From the IMG/VR virus record IMGVR_UViG_3300034417_000033, positions 32,001-96,000 of that record: DNA of 64,000 nucleotides; one strand, given 5' to 3'. This DNA comes from a virus. Under the pieces are notes generated by a model. It was not told the DNA's origin and ran no database searches. It saw only the letters and a program-made list of their open reading frames with translations. The first letter of the stretch is position 1. Each line of letters begins with the position of its first letter. The position numbers and the translations under genes were made by a program. Below, one piece after another: positions 1-8,986 of the stretch.

Positions 1-1180
1 CTGCTGTGCCGTTTTTGTCAATAAAAATATTAATCACGCCTTCCTTTCTTAATCGCGGTAAAACAAACTGCACCTTACCTAACGACTTTTCCATCAACGT
101 GCGCAATCCTCTTGCACCTGTTTTATTCTTGATGCTTTTTACTGCAACATCACGAACAAAATCTTTATCAAACTCTAATTCAACATCGTCAATTTTAAAC
201 AGAACTTTATATTGATCAATTAAGTTATTTTTAGGTTCAGTCAATACACGAACCATCATATCTTCATCAAGTGCTTGGAAAGTAACAGTAACAGGGAAGC
301 GGCCAATAAACTCTCTAATGAAACCATATTGGTGCAAATCTTCCGACTCTACTAAATTTAAAACACTTTCCTTTTTATCTCTTGCTTCAACTTTAGCAGA
401 GAAGCCAATGCTTGTGCCTAAAGACAACCGCTTGCGTATAATTTCTTCGAGGCCAACAAACGCTCCACCAACAATAAACAAAACATCTTTTGTATTAAAG
501 TCGATTGTTTCTTCTCTGTGACTGCCTGGCTTTTGTATCTGAACTTTATCGCCATCTACTGCACGAAGCAATGCTTGCTGTACACCTTCACCGGAAACAT
601 CTTTGGCGCCTACGCCATCTACCTTTTTTGTCTTCTTATCGATCTCATCAATAAACACAATACCTTTCTGTGCTTTATTGATATCGTTGCCTGCTACTTT
701 CAGCAGTCTTTCAAAAATGGATTCGATGTTGCCACCTACATAACCTGCTTCAGTTAATGTAGTTGCATCAGCAGTAACAAATGGGATATCTAACAGTTTA
801 GCAATTGTGGAAGCAACTAATGTTTTTCCACAGCCGGATGGACCCATCATCATTACGTTTGCTTTTTGTAATTCAGTTTCGTCCACTACTGGATTAGAAA
901 TTCTCTTGTAGTGATTATACAGTGCAACCGCAAGTGTTTCTTTTGCATCGTCCTGGCCAACAACATATGTGTCGAGATATTCTTTTATTTCTTCTGGAGT
1001 TTTACGGACTGCAACGACAGTGTCGTCTACAGTTGTTGCATTCCCTGCAATCAGGCCGAAACTCAGCGTAATACACTCGTCGCATATGTACGGAGTGTCA
1101 GCTCCTTTGTCAGGACCTTCGATTAATTTTTTTACGCTGCTTCTACTTTTGTTGCAAAAGGAACATTTTAAATCTGACAT
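1..1180 (-). CDS. clpX: ClpX-like AAA+ unfoldase (3' end runs off window)
   Basis: Hand translation from ATG 1180: MSDLKCSFC...ICDEC Zn finger, VGQDDAK, GPSGCGKT Walker A, TEAGYVG, FIDEIDK Walker B, DVSGEGVQQALL, TGARGLR; open to window edge. Confidence 0.95.
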   Translation of the reverse strand, partial: MSDLKCSFCNKSRSSVKKLIEGPDKGADTPYICDECITLSFGLIAGNATTVDDTVVAVRKTPEEIKEYLDTYVVGQDDAKETLAVALYNHYKRISNPVVDETELQKANVMMMGPSGCGKTLVASTIAKLLDIPFVTADATTLTEAGYVGGNIESIFERLLKVAGNDINKAQKGIVFIDEIDKKTKKVDGVGAKDVSGEGVQQALLRAVDGDKVQIQKPGSHREETIDFNTKDVLFIVGGAFVGLEEIIRKRLSLGTSIGFSAKVEARDKKESVLNLVESEDLHQYGFIREFIGRFPVTVTFQALDEDMMVRVLTEPKNNLIDQYKVLFKIDDVELEFDKDFVRDVAVKSIKNKTGARGLRTLMEKSLGKVQFVLPRLRKEGVINIFIDKNGTA

Positions 1181-1240
1181 TTACTATCCTCTTATTGTAG
1201 TTAACAATAACATCAAAGGCTGTTTGTGTCAATGACGGTA

Positions 1241-2326
1241 TTATCTGTTTTTTGGACTGGTCCACAACTCAGCGTGGTGCTGGTTTGTGGATTCTGTAAC
1301 GTTGGGGGCATCTTTGACAAGATTACTTTCTTCATTGCCTTGATGAACAGGTGCTGTCGTTCGGTCAGGCGTGCTTTCTTTTGTCTTAGATTTTCTCTTC
1401 GGTATCCGGGGAGGTTTTCCATCCACGACGGGAACATGCTTGGTGTCAGGAAGGTTATTAGCATTCTTGTTGCGTTCATTTTTCTGGTGACTTTTTTTGG
1501 TGTTGCCAACAGGTTTGCTGTCTCTAGGTAGTGTTTTACTCCTACCACGTACGACTGGCGGCCCCATCGGATTCTCTTTTTTCTCACGGTTCATCCTTTG
1601 TGTGTGATTAGCTGCAATTAACAACAATATTGCAAGTGGATCAAACACTAGCACAATAATCAATATTAAAATACGAACTGCTTTATCTAACTCTTTTTCG
1701 GAGTCGCCATAAAGCATCTGTGCCAAATATTTGATTGGCCCAATTTCCATTTCTACTTTTTTTAACTCTGACGACAATTTCGATCTTTGTTCTACATAAA
1801 CATCAATATTCTTTTGTGCATCTGTTATTGTGTTACTTAGTTCTTTTCGCTCTGTCTTCTGTCCGTTACGTAAAGAAATAGACCCATTCTTTCCTCGGAT
1901 CCTTTCTGCCGCAACAAGGCCATCAACCTGCTTGTCTAACTGGCCAATTACGTTCTGTGCATCAGCAATGTCTCTTTTTTCACTTGCAATCTTATCGTCT
2001 AAGACTTGTATTTGATCAGCGTTGTTTGCAACAGGTGCGCCCTGTTCCAAATGTGCTTTAGAAAGATACCCGAAGATTCCCATACTTGTCAAAAGTATAA
2101 GAACCCCAGTGATTATAAACAGCGGTATTTTTAAAGTTCTAGGTGCATCATTCCAATGCCGGTATAGCCAACTTGCACAAACAAGTTTACCAAGTTCTAA
2201 CGCAGAGCTAAAGCTCATTGCTGCAATTGGGGCGCCAGCAAATACTGCTGCCATACCCGTAACGGAGAACCATCCCGATATGCACGAAATTAATAAAGCT
2301 GACAAGTATACAATAAATAAGAACAT
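1241..2326 (-). CDS. Multi-pass membrane protein with long coiled coil and low-complexity C-tail
   Basis: Three N-terminal hydrophobic helices, heptad region, a fourth TM; late box 5 nt upstream. Confidence 0.8.
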   Translation of the reverse strand: MFLFIVYLSALLISCISGWFSVTGMAAVFAGAPIAAMSFSSALELGKLVCASWLYRHWNDAPRTLKIPLFIITGVLILLTSMGIFGYLSKAHLEQGAPVANNADQIQVLDDKIASEKRDIADAQNVIGQLDKQVDGLVAAERIRGKNGSISLRNGQKTERKELSNTITDAQKNIDVYVEQRSKLSSELKKVEMEIGPIKYLAQMLYGDSEKELDKAVRILILIIVLVFDPLAILLLIAANHTQRMNREKKENPMGPPVVRGRSKTLPRDSKPVGNTKKSHQKNERNKNANNLPDTKHVPVVDGKPPRIPKRKSKTKESTPDRTTAPVHQGNEESNLVKDAPNVTESTNQHHAELWTSPKNR

Positions 2327-2331
2327 ATAGT

Positions 2332-2339
2332 TATTTATC
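2332..2339 (-). promoter_or_regulatory. Late promoter box GATAAATA
   Basis: T4 TATAAATA-like octamer recurring upstream of late genes. Confidence 0.7.
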
Positions 2340-2342
2340 TGC

Positions 2343-2579
2343 TTATCGGCTATCGTCTTGAAACGCCTCGCCAGCTAATACTGCTGCACATGCTTCTACT
2401 TTTGAAATCTTGAAAAACTTGATACCTTCTACTGCAACAATAACAGTTACACCTGGCAATTTCTCTCTTGTGGTGTCATATATCTTTCGCATTTGAGACT
2501 GGCTGACATTAGGCACTGTAATAACTAATGCTTCATTAGGACCGATGGATAATGTTTCTATACTTTTAATGTCTATCAT
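2343..2579 (-). CDS. Hypothetical protein
   Basis: Tightly packed ORF with ATGA overlap. Confidence 0.65.
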   Translation of the reverse strand: MIDIKSIETLSIGPNEALVITVPNVSQSQMRKIYDTTREKLPGVTVIVAVEGIKFFKISKVEACAAVLAGEAFQDDSR

Positions 2580-2776
2580 TTGCTAAAATCGAACTCCCAT
2601 AGGTCGCCACGTAGTAGTAACAGTAGTTTATCTTCTGGCGAAGGTTCTGGTGCCACTGTTATTTTTGGACCGTGGCCTTCTTTAAAAATTATGAAAAAGT
2701 TATTGGCAAATAACTCTCCCCTGAATATGTTTCTCAAATCACGTTTATGTTCTGTGTCAGCAAAATAATATTTCAT
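2576..2776 (-). CDS. Hypothetical protein
   Basis: ATGA-coupled ORF; PEDKLLLLLRG motif. Confidence 0.65.
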   Translation of the reverse strand: MKYYFADTEHKRDLRNIFRGELFANNFFIIFKEGHGPKITVAPEPSPEDKLLLLLRGDLWEFDFSK

Positions 2777-3000
2777 AATTTAAAATTCGACTGGTATTGA
2801 TTGTTGAACTTTAGTAACATTTCTTCTTCAGGAGAAAGCTCATCTTCAACGACGATTGTGTTAACATCAACATACACATCATAAATCGCAATCCACCAAC
2901 GCTTGTGATTCATCTCAAGATAATTAAAGACTTCACCTACAGCAGTGCCAGGGTTTACTCTGATTATGTTGATGCTACGCTTATTCAAACTCTTTATCAC
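2773..3000 (-). CDS. Hypothetical protein (start uncertain)
   Basis: Packed ORF; PEEEMLLKF motif. Confidence 0.55.
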   Translation of the reverse strand: MIKSLNKRSINIIRVNPGTAVGEVFNYLEMNHKRWWIAIYDVYVDVNTIVVEDELSPEEEMLLKFNNQYQSNFKL

Positions 3001-3457
3001 TCCTGTGACCTACACGTTTTGCCATATTTGCATCAGTTTCACGGACTTCAACTTTGCAGCACCAAACACGTTCTGCTTCGCCTGATCCAAACGATGGAAG
3101 GAAAATAGTATTAACATATTCATAAATGAAGTCTGCAATACCTTCACAACCTGTTTTCTCAACTTCAGTAATCTTTGCAAGACCAATTTTACCAAGGTGC
3201 AATAAATCTTCACGCTTAGGATCATCTTGTGCTACTAACAGAGTATGATCAAACCAATCTTCAAGCAAGCCTTTTAATGGCTTAAGACTGCCGAAATCCA
3301 CCACCCAGTTCCGTGCATCAAGCGTATCACTTTCAAACTCTATGTGAAACGACAATGCGTAACCGTGGATCAGATTGCAATGCGAATCTGCTCTCCACTG
3401 TCTGTATGCTACAGGACCAAGTTGCTTATACGTCTTGGTGGAAATATATTTCGCCAT
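2981..3457 (-). CDS. queD: 6-carboxytetrahydropterin synthase / PTPS family
   Basis: CNLIHGY, WVVDFG, FDH, VRET motifs; adjacent to folE. Confidence 0.9.
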   Translation of the reverse strand: MAKYISTKTYKQLGPVAYRQWRADSHCNLIHGYALSFHIEFESDTLDARNWVVDFGSLKPLKGLLEDWFDHTLLVAQDDPKREDLLHLGKIGLAKITEVEKTGCEGIADFIYEYVNTIFLPSFGSGEAERVWCCKVEVRETDANMAKRVGHRSDKEFE

Positions 3458-4170
3458 TACGAACCTAACCTTGCGATGGACATAAACTCTGCTTTTGTGG
3501 AAGCATCGTCTTTGAAAGCGCCGCTAATTCTGCTTGTTACAGTTCTGGAGTTAACGTCTTGTACGCCACGCGATTTAACACAGAAGTGTTGTGCATCAAC
3601 AAGAACTGCCACGTTATCTGTTTCAAGGATAAAGCAAAGTGCAGCATGAATCTGCATAGTTAAGCGTTCTTGTACTTGTGGGCGTTTTGCAAAGTATTCT
3701 ACAATCCGATTCAGTTTGGACAATCCCAATACTTTCTTATTTGGAATATACGCAACTGTTGCATAACCATCAATAGTGATTAAGTGATGCTCGCACGATG
3801 ATTGAACGTTTACATTACGCTCAACAATCATTTCGTCAGAGTTGAATTTGTTTTCAATTGCAGTACATTTTGGGAACGTCTCGGCATCTAAGCCATAGAA
3901 GATTTCCGAAACATACATCTTAGCAACACGGGTTGGGGTGTCGATTAAACTGTCGTCAGTTAAATCCATACCTAGTGTTTCTAAAATTTCTTTTACATTT
4001 CTTTCAATAATGTCAATTTTTTCCTTAACGGTGTAGGCTCTATATTCGCCAACTGTGCCGCTGATTGGAACTTGATCGTTATTGAGTGGTGTTTCTAATC
4101 CAAGTTCAATTAAATGTTGTCTAACTCTTGCACCTAATTCTGGATCGCACTTACGTTTATCTAAAGACAT
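3457..4170 (-). CDS. folE: GTP cyclohydrolase I
   Basis: TPTRVAK, SCEHH, GLSKLNR, QVQERLT, HFCVKSRG. Confidence 0.97.
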   Translation of the reverse strand: MSLDKRKCDPELGARVRQHLIELGLETPLNNDQVPISGTVGEYRAYTVKEKIDIIERNVKEILETLGMDLTDDSLIDTPTRVAKMYVSEIFYGLDAETFPKCTAIENKFNSDEMIVERNVNVQSSCEHHLITIDGYATVAYIPNKKVLGLSKLNRIVEYFAKRPQVQERLTMQIHAALCFILETDNVAVLVDAQHFCVKSRGVQDVNSRTVTSRISGAFKDDASTKAEFMSIARLGS

Positions 4171-4229
4171 GACTACCTCCCGTAGTTGTTATTTTTATGG
4201 GGCGTATACGCCGCTTGCGTATACATGTT

Positions 4230-4237
4230 TATTTATC
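4230..4237 (-). promoter_or_regulatory. Late promoter box GATAAATA upstream of folE
   Basis: Octamer match 60 nt upstream of ATG. Confidence 0.55.
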
Positions 4238-4610
4238 AGTAAAGCTGTTTACACTGGTAAATTATTTGACTTAATTCATAGTCATACGTCGATGCTGTTG
4301 AAGCAGTCATCATCCTGGAGTTTTTTTCCGCTTCCATAACCGTCATATATCTACGAAGCAAGTCTTTCATTTTGTAAATATCATTTCGCAGCGACATGTT
4401 GTCATTGTACAAACTCACAATATTGTCGTTCATTGCTTGCAGTATGTTTTTGTTAAATTCTGGCTCTTCTGTTTTTGCAACATTGGTTGCAAGTTTTTCC
4501 GCCAGCCTATCTTGGTGTAATTTATGATACAGCTCTGGAGTCACATACTGGAATATGTATTCATCTATTCGACTTAAATAGTCTTTCTCTACATTATTGA
4601 GATATTTCAT
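4236..4610 (-). CDS. Hypothetical coiled-coil protein
   Basis: Packed ORF. Confidence 0.7.
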   Translation of the reverse strand: MKYLNNVEKDYLSRIDEYIFQYVTPELYHKLHQDRLAEKLATNVAKTEEPEFNKNILQAMNDNIVSLYNDNMSLRNDIYKMKDLLRRYMTVMEAEKNSRMMTASTASTYDYELSQIIYQCKQLY

Positions 4611-4789
4611 TTTCCCATCCTTTTTAATTTTTCTACTAATTCATCCTTAATATATACTTCAATCCGTGCAATCATCGCAATTGCATCTGCTTTCGTTCTA
4701 GCGGAATACACCAGTTTCTTTTCTGGGCATTTCCAATACCAAGGTGTGGATAATCCGCCAATAAACGGGTTCCACCGTGGATCGTTCAT
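4607..4789 (-). CDS. Hypothetical protein
   Basis: ATGA-coupled; ends ELVEKLKRMGK. Confidence 0.6.
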   Translation of the reverse strand: MNDPRWNPFIGGLSTPWYWKCPEKKLVYSARTKADAIAMIARIEVYIKDELVEKLKRMGK

Positions 4790-5049
4790 CCTCGCACTAC
4801 CTTAATGTTTGTAACACATGCTTCTGCGTATTTCAAAGCGTCGGCTTCATTGGAAAACAAACGGTCACGATACGATTCTGAATAGTCGTTTTTTATCTGT
4901 GCAATAGATGTCCACCAAAGTAAATATCGGCGCTGTCTAATCACCACATAATATTTTGCTTGTTTGTGACAATATCTTACCCAAGCTGCTGTAATCACTT
5001 TAATTTTATCTCCAGCCGTAGCCGTGTTCTTCGGGGCCGTAGGTGCCAT
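4786..5049 (-). CDS. Hypothetical protein
   Basis: Packed ORF. Confidence 0.6.
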   Translation of the reverse strand: MAPTAPKNTATAGDKIKVITAAWVRYCHKQAKYYVVIRQRRYLLWWTSIAQIKNDYSESYRDRLFSNEADALKYAEACVTNIKVVRG

Positions 5050-5236
5050 CTGCCATTACCTCTTTCCAACGCCAATGATTAGATATTCCATATGTTCCCC
5101 AGTACTGACCTTCGGTAATTTCTACAGTTCTGCCAGACGGGTGAGTCACAACGTCTCCGATTTTAAAAGGGGAACTGCCGAGCACACTCGACACCATATC
5201 TTGAATACTTTTGGAAACGTGCGTCATGTTAGTCAC
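5006..5236 (-). CDS. Hypothetical protein
   Basis: Packed ORF, SH3-like FKIGDVV start. Confidence 0.65.
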   Translation of the reverse strand: MTNMTHVSKSIQDMVSSVLGSSPFKIGDVVTHPSGRTVEITEGQYWGTYGISNHWRWKEVMADGTYGPEEHGYGWR

Positions 5237-5552
5237 CTTGATAAAAATCCGATACTCTAACGTACCCTTTTATTTTAATAATGCGTTCTCTAACCCAACA
5301 ACCTATTATAACACAGACAATGAACGAAAAGCAAGCAATTGATCCATGCATCGTTTTCGGTTGATCAGAAATATAATATTCATACAGTGCAAGTAATGGA
5401 AAGAAAGTAAACAATGATGTGATAGGAATTGTAATTGGTCCTGACACATAAGTAAATTTCTCACCTTGCATGGTACGAATTAATATTTCGTTCTTATGCA
5501 ATATCTTTGACACTGCGATCCCTGAAATAGTTAACAGTGCGATACACTGCAA
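5229..5552 (-). CDS. Hypothetical membrane protein
   Basis: Hydrophobic segments; start uncertain. Confidence 0.55.
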   Translation of the reverse strand: MQCIALLTISGIAVSKILHKNEILIRTMQGEKFTYVSGPITIPITSLFTFFPLLALYEYYISDQPKTMHGSIACFSFIVCVIIGCWVRERIIKIKGYVRVSDFYQGD

Positions 5553-5760
5553 TCAAAACTGCCAGAGCACCAATAAACCAAAGCTCATATGGTGTGCCCG
5601 GTTCTTTAAGTGCTTGCCTAAAAGCATATGCAAACAATGCTAATGGAGAACCAACAAGTGCAAGTTTATACAGACCTGCAATGTTTCCAGGATTTTCATA
5701 TAAGACTGTGCCCTGCAATTTTGCTAGGACTCGGTCTTTTTCTGTGCGTGTTACCCTCAC
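5494..5760 (-). CDS. Hypothetical 2-TM protein
   Basis: GTGA overlap with thyA stop. Confidence 0.6.
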   Translation of the reverse strand: MRVTRTEKDRVLAKLQGTVLYENPGNIAGLYKLALVGSPLALFAYAFRQALKEPGTPYELWFIGALAVLIAVYRTVNYFRDRSVKDIA

Positions 5761-6608
5761 ACTGCCATCCCAGGTTTGTTTTCAATATCTGGAAGTGGAT
5801 CGTAACCAAACAATTCTAAATCTGTAAACTCTAAAGCCAGAATGTCATCCAGCGAATTTAGTTCTTTGTTAATAACTAGCTTCGGCAATTGTCTTGGAAT
5901 CCTAGTCATTTGTTCTTCAACCATTGCTAGTTGGTTTTGGTATATGTGTACATCATTACCGAAGTATACTAATTCACCAGGTTCTAATTTCAACATTTTT
6001 GCAAATGCCATATTCAAGAATGCGTATCCCATAATGTTATACGGTAAGCCAAACGGGACGTCGTTTGATCTCAATATAAAAGAACTATTGAGTGAACCAC
6101 CAGAAACAATATATTGATGATACAAGTGGCATGGCGGCAGTGGGGTTCCAGATAGCTGCTGCGGATTCCAGGCGCTGACGATGTGGCGTCTCCCGTTTGG
6201 GTCCTGTTGCAGTCCAGCTAAAAGACCTTCAATTTGGTCTATGCCACTGTTGGCTGCGCCTAATGTTCCGCCGAAGTTTCGCCACTGATGGGAGTAACCT
6301 GTTCCTAAACTTCCTTCTGGCAAATGGTGAAGGCCTCGTGCGTCTAAAAACTCTCGAGTCGTATTTCCTTTCCATATGTTAATTCTCTTTTCTTCCAACA
6401 GCTTAGTGTCTGTTTCCCCACGAAGAAAGAACATCGTTTCTTCAAATGCAATCCTTAGTGCAACTCTTCGAGTAGTTAGGATTGGGAAGCCTTCTGCCAA
6501 ATTCCAACGCAGGGTTCTTCCAAAAACTGAACGAGTGTTACCGGCTCTAGATTCTTTGTCGATGCCATTTGCATAGACATCTTGTAGTAACGCAATATAA
6601 TTTTTCAT
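5757..6608 (-). CDS. thyA: Thymidylate synthase
   Basis: GFPILTT, RRHIVSAWNP, LPPCH, RSNDVPFGLPYN, DVHIY. Confidence 0.97.
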   Translation of the reverse strand: MKNYIALLQDVYANGIDKESRAGNTRSVFGRTLRWNLAEGFPILTTRRVALRIAFEETMFFLRGETDTKLLEEKRINIWKGNTTREFLDARGLHHLPEGSLGTGYSHQWRNFGGTLGAANSGIDQIEGLLAGLQQDPNGRRHIVSAWNPQQLSGTPLPPCHLYHQYIVSGGSLNSSFILRSNDVPFGLPYNIMGYAFLNMAFAKMLKLEPGELVYFGNDVHIYQNQLAMVEEQMTRIPRQLPKLVINKELNSLDDILALEFTDLELFGYDPLPDIENKPGMAV

Positions 6609-6976
6609 TATTCTCCTTGTAATTTTTGTACTAGGGCAGCTCGGTTTCTTTGGTATTTTGCGATAACATACATCAATATCAGAGGAGAAGAAATTAGTCC
6701 AACAACAATAAAGAAAGTAGAGTTAATCGTAGGAACAACATAATACAGTATTGTTCCAAACGCTAAACTTGAGAAAGCCGTTAGGAATAATAAACATGTT
6801 TGTAAAATAACAACAGGCCCATTGACGCTGTCTATAGGTCCTGGTAGAGGGACAAGAATCTGATCAGATGTCCAGTTGCCGGTCTTCACAAAGTTCCTAG
6901 TCGAAAGGTATGCTTTATAATTAAGGAACAGAAATATCACAATAGAAGAAAGCACAATAGCTAAGCCTGGACCCAC
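6608..6976 (-). CDS. 3-TM membrane protein, paralogue array member
   Basis: FVKTG motif, ends LVQKLQGE. Confidence 0.75.
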   Translation of the reverse strand: MGPGLAIVLSSIVIFLFLNYKAYLSTRNFVKTGNWTSDQILVPLPGPIDSVNGPVVILQTCLLFLTAFSSLAFGTILYYVVPTINSTFFIVVGLISSPLILMYVIAKYQRNRAALVQKLQGE

Positions 6977-6977
6977 G

Positions 6978-7337
6978 TTATTCCCCTTTTAATTTTTCTA
7001 CAAATGCGTATGGTTTGCGTAAACGTTTTGCTGTAAAGTATACAACTGCCATAAATATTAATGCCGATACAAAAGAAATTGCAATCGGATTTTTATCAAG
7101 AATGAAATTAATCACGTTCAGTACTATTTCACAAACAAAAAATGCACCCATTGCAATACAACATGCAACAACCGGAATCTCAGATATGTGTGTGTTTTCT
7201 ATTGAGCCAGGTATAAGCGCATAGTTTCCAGTCTTAACATATCGATATGCTGCAACCAATATGACTACAGCAAAGGAAAGCCCTGATAAAATAAAACTGG
7301 CAACAGCCATATTCTCATCTGTTAGTAGCATACTCAT
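6978..7337 (-). CDS. 3-TM membrane protein, paralogue array member
   Basis: YVKTG motif, ends FVEKLKGE. Confidence 0.75.
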   Translation of the reverse strand: MSMLLTDENMAVASFILSGLSFAVVILVAAYRYVKTGNYALIPGSIENTHISEIPVVACCIAMGAFFVCEIVLNVINFILDKNPIAISFVSALIFMAVVYFTAKRLRKPYAFVEKLKGE

Positions 7338-7675
7338 TTTCCCGTTAATCGGTTAATAAACTTTTCCTTTTCTCGAAAGTGACTAGCTATAGCAATAGTC
7401 GCAATAGTAAATATTAACAGAAGTAAGAAAAGGTAAACTACAGGATTATAGAGTGCAAGCTGTTTGCATATTACAAAAAATCCTTCAATAAGTAACGCAA
7501 TTATTCCTCCAGATACAGATGCAATAGTTATTGTGGTTAGCCAACCCTCAAGAACTCCGCCAGTTGGAGTCATAGGCAGTATTCCAGTTTTTACAAACTT
7601 AACTGCGGCAGTTATCATCACTGTGCCAAAAACCAACAGTGCTGAACAAACAGCAATTTTATCAACTACAGTCAC
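7334..7675 (-). CDS. 3-TM membrane protein, paralogue array member
   Basis: FVKTG, LEGWL, ends FINRLTGK. Confidence 0.75.
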   Translation of the reverse strand: MTVVDKIAVCSALLVFGTVMITAAVKFVKTGILPMTPTGGVLEGWLTTITIASVSGGIIALLIEGFFVICKQLALYNPVVYLFLLLLIFTIATIAIASHFREKEKFINRLTGK

Positions 7676-8016
7676 CCTTCTTCTCCTCTTAATCTTTCAA
7701 CAAATCTTTCTTTTCTTCGCATTCGCCTTGCAACAAAAACTGTTATAGAAACAAATACCATGGCTCCAGCAAATGCGTACATAATTGGGTTATGGTTCAG
7801 TAGTTGTTTGCCTATCTCTAGCACTCCCCTTACCACTAAGATACCAAGCAAACTTACGCACAGCCCAGCGAGAAAACTTAGCAACCATCCCTCAAGTTCG
7901 GTGGAGGCAGGAAAGAAAAAAGTTCCAGATCGAACATACTTCACCGATGTCCACAATATAAATGCAGTAAATGTAACGATGGGTGATGACATTGCAATTA
8001 CATCAATGGGCGGCAC
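7672..8016 (-). CDS. 3-TM membrane protein, paralogue array member
   Basis: YVRSG, LEGWL, ends FVERLRGEEG. Confidence 0.75.
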   Translation of the reverse strand: MPPIDVIAMSSPIVTFTAFILWTSVKYVRSGTFFFPASTELEGWLLSFLAGLCVSLLGILVVRGVLEIGKQLLNHNPIMYAFAGAMVFVSITVFVARRMRRKERFVERLRGEEG

Positions 8017-8365
8017 GTCCGTCTCCTTTTAATCCATCAATTAGCACTGCTTGGGCACGAAGCCTCTTAGCTCGGCGCACCATCACTATAATAGCAAATA
8101 TAACAATTGGGATTGTCCCTGTTACTATATTCCATTTCCAGAAACATAAAGAAAGAGTAGTTGCTACAACACCGCAAAGTTGTATTAGCACAAATGGAAA
8201 AAAGACAGTTTTTAAATTAAACAAGCCGTCATTAGTATCAAGCTGGAGCCACTTTCCAGTAACAATGTGAAAGTCCACAAGATACCACACCTTAACAAGA
8301 ATAAAAGCCATAGCTATATAAAATACAGCATATGGCGTAAATACTTCTACACTAGGCATTTCCAT
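8003..8365 (-). CDS. 3-TM membrane protein, paralogue array member
   Basis: HIVTGKW, ends LIDGLKGD... Confidence 0.7.
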   Translation of the reverse strand: MEMPSVEVFTPYAVFYIAMAFILVKVWYLVDFHIVTGKWLQLDTNDGLFNLKTVFFPFVLIQLCGVVATTLSLCFWKWNIVTGTIPIVIFAIIVMVRRAKRLRAQAVLIDGLKGDGRAAH

Positions 8366-8570
8366 CTTTTAGGATCTCCGCTTTATGCAGCCTTTTTATA
8401 TTCGCAATATAAAACTTGCCAATTGACTCTGCTGCAAGCAATTCTTCAAACAAATGATGTGGCACATCCTTATACTGGTATTTAGAGCCAGTTAAGAATT
8501 CCACATACACATCGCCTTCAAAATATGCAACTGCTTTAAGATTGCTGCTTTTTACATTATGCCAATTCAT
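8352..8570 (-). CDS. KTSC-domain protein
   Basis: VKSSNL..VAY, VEF..GSKYQY..VP, AESIGKF. Confidence 0.9.
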   Translation of the reverse strand: MNWHNVKSSNLKAVAYFEGDVYVEFLTGSKYQYKDVPHHLFEELLAAESIGKFYIANIKRLHKAEILKDGNA

Positions 8571-8571
8571 A

Positions 8572-8985
8572 TTACCCCGCCAATTTTTCTGCCAAAAGTT
8601 TCATTTTGTGTCTCTTACTAAAGAACACGTACCTAATTAAATACAGTATTGCTATGGGCCATGCCACAAAAAATACACAAAGCATTACGAGCGATGAGAA
8701 AAGACTAGCAAACCAAACATCTATACTATTACACCGAAGTGTAAAAATAGTATCAGCAATAATCTCGAAGCCTACTAATTTGTTTAGATATTTCTTCCAA
8801 TCCTGATATTTAAGTGAGAGGGTGTCTTCCTTCAATTGGAACCAGTCGTAATTGTACAACATGAAATCGTAAAGCGCAAATATTAATTTTGCAATTGCAG
8901 CTAATACAACAGCAGCAATAATCATTATAGAAACAATGACGCTGACTGCCAGATACTGCGTGTACAAATTATGCAATGTTTCCAT
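8572..8985 (-). CDS. Membrane protein
   Basis: Two hydrophobic segments; ends LAEKLAG. Confidence 0.7.
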   Translation of the reverse strand: METLHNLYTQYLAVSVIVSIMIIAAVVLAAIAKLIFALYDFMLYNYDWFQLKEDTLSLKYQDWKKYLNKLVGFEIIADTIFTLRCNSIDVWFASLFSSLVMLCVFFVAWPIAILYLIRYVFFSKRHKMKLLAEKLAG

Positions 8986-8986
8986 T

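Noticed and set aside
4171-4229. preQ1 riboswitch upstream of folE
   Set aside because: An A-rich tail is present, but the P1 loop does not match the preQ1-I consensus
6608-6622. Terminal GE dipeptide as a degron by itself
   Set aside because: It is encoded by CAA GGA GAA TAA TG, i.e. the next gene's Shine-Dalgarno; only the preceding helix counts as evidence of a motif
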